DNA from: Haliotis rubra
Taxonomy: Eukaryota
NCBI RefSeq assembly: GCF_003918875.1
Contig: NW_025767403.1
Span: forward strand, 186,001 to 250,000
Reading direction: 5' to 3'
Length of the DNA stretch: 64,000 bases
Below, one piece after another: positions 62,977-64,000 of the stretch; the stretch's first letter is position 1, and each line of letters begins with the position of its first letter. Position numbers and translations under genes: made by a program. A model generated the notes under the pieces. The model did no database searches and was not told where the DNA came from. It was given only the letters and a program-made list of their open reading frames with translations.

Positions 62977-63274
62977 CTTCAGCTGTAATGAAATCACTTC
63001 TTTACTTAGAAACTTCGTCTAATGCAACAGAACTTTCAACAGTGAGCCCCATGTTTCCAGCTATCTAGTACATGTCATATTTAATGAGTCACGATATGGC
63101 TGAGATATTGCCGATGTGACGTTAAATATTAACTCACTCACTCACTCATATGTAATGACGATGACTAATAATCACACGATTTATTATTCCTGGTTGAAAA
63201 TTTGGGAATAAGCTTTCACAAACATGTCATATAAAAGAGCTGGCTGAGACAACATGGTCGCTGCAGTGACTGAA

Positions 63275-63450
63275 TACACAATGCAATTTAGAAAGTGGCC
63301 AAATGTAACATTATATTTGCGGTTTACACTTTCTCGGTAAAGTACATATTCTTGTACTTGGGTGAAGTCCAATCCAGGATTCGAACCCACAACCTCTAGA
63401 GTCGGGCACCTAATCACCCCTGGCTGGCATGCTGGTGATTAGATGCCTTA
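63275..63450. mobile_element. Palindromic family copy retaining the centre of symmetry
   Basis: Arm, then GGATTCGAACCCAC..GGCACCTAATCACC-centre-TGGTGATTAGATGCC. Confidence 0.72.
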
Positions 63451-63456
63451 TTGTCT

Positions 63457-63905
63457 TACGAAGATCTGGGTTAGAACTGGTCTTCAGCAACCCATACTTG
63501 TTGTAAGAAGCGACTAACGGGATCGGGTTGTCAGGATCACCGACTCGGTTGACACATGTCATCGCGTCCCAATTCCGTAGATCGATGCTCATGCTGTTGA
63601 TCGCTGGCCTGTCTGTCCCAGACATGATTATTTACAGACAACCGCCATATAGCTGGAATATTGCAGTGTGCGGCTTATCACATCTGTGGAGATTGATGCT
63701 CATGATGTCAATCACTGGATTGTCTGGTCCAGACTCGATCATTTGCAGACCGCTGCCATATAGCTGGAATATTGTTGAGTGCGGCTTATCACATCTGTGG
63801 AGATTGATGCTCACTGGATTGTCTGGTCCAGACTCGATTATTTGCAGACCGCTGCCATATACTGAGTAGCTGGAATATTGCTGACTATGGCGTTAATCAA
63901 GAAAC
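63457..63905 (+). mobile_element. SINE family B with its 3' segment tandemly triplicated
   Basis: GATGCTC..CACTGGATTGTCTGGTCCAGAC..GCTGGAATATTG occurs three times. Confidence 0.85.
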
Positions 63906-64000
63906 AAACATGAGCACCATGTGTAAGGCAAATAATCAACGAACGATGCATCTAATACAGAATTTTATTAGCAAAGCAATTAGAACATACTTTTTAAGTT

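Overview
Eukaryotic (metazoan) genomic DNA, AT-rich, with three assembly gaps. The SINE repertoire suggests a gastropod mollusc, plausibly abalone (inference). The only clear protein-coding gene is a + strand, 7-exon orthologue of USF3 (KIAA2018; N-terminal bHLH-zip followed by a very long Q/P/S-rich tail). Its CDS runs 35891-54230 and gives about 2516 aa once four single-base indels in poly-C runs, probably consensus errors, are corrected. A CRE/YY1 promoter and a chain of overlapping uORFs precede it, and a probably very long 3' UTR follows. The rest is repeat-rich: three SINE families sharing one 3' tail, many DNA-transposon MITEs, a decayed Tc1 element, LINE fragments, minisatellites, and a cluster of decayed ~2 kb duplicated units at 0.5-11 kb. 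The most unusual signals are (i) a palindromic element with head-to-head tRNA-like modules, 14-15 bp TSDs and asymmetric ends (retro-, possibly Penelope-type, mobilisation), (ii) a headless SINE whose fixed 5' end folds into a covarying pseudoknot, and (iii) a TAATG/ATGA stop-start uORF relay on USF3.
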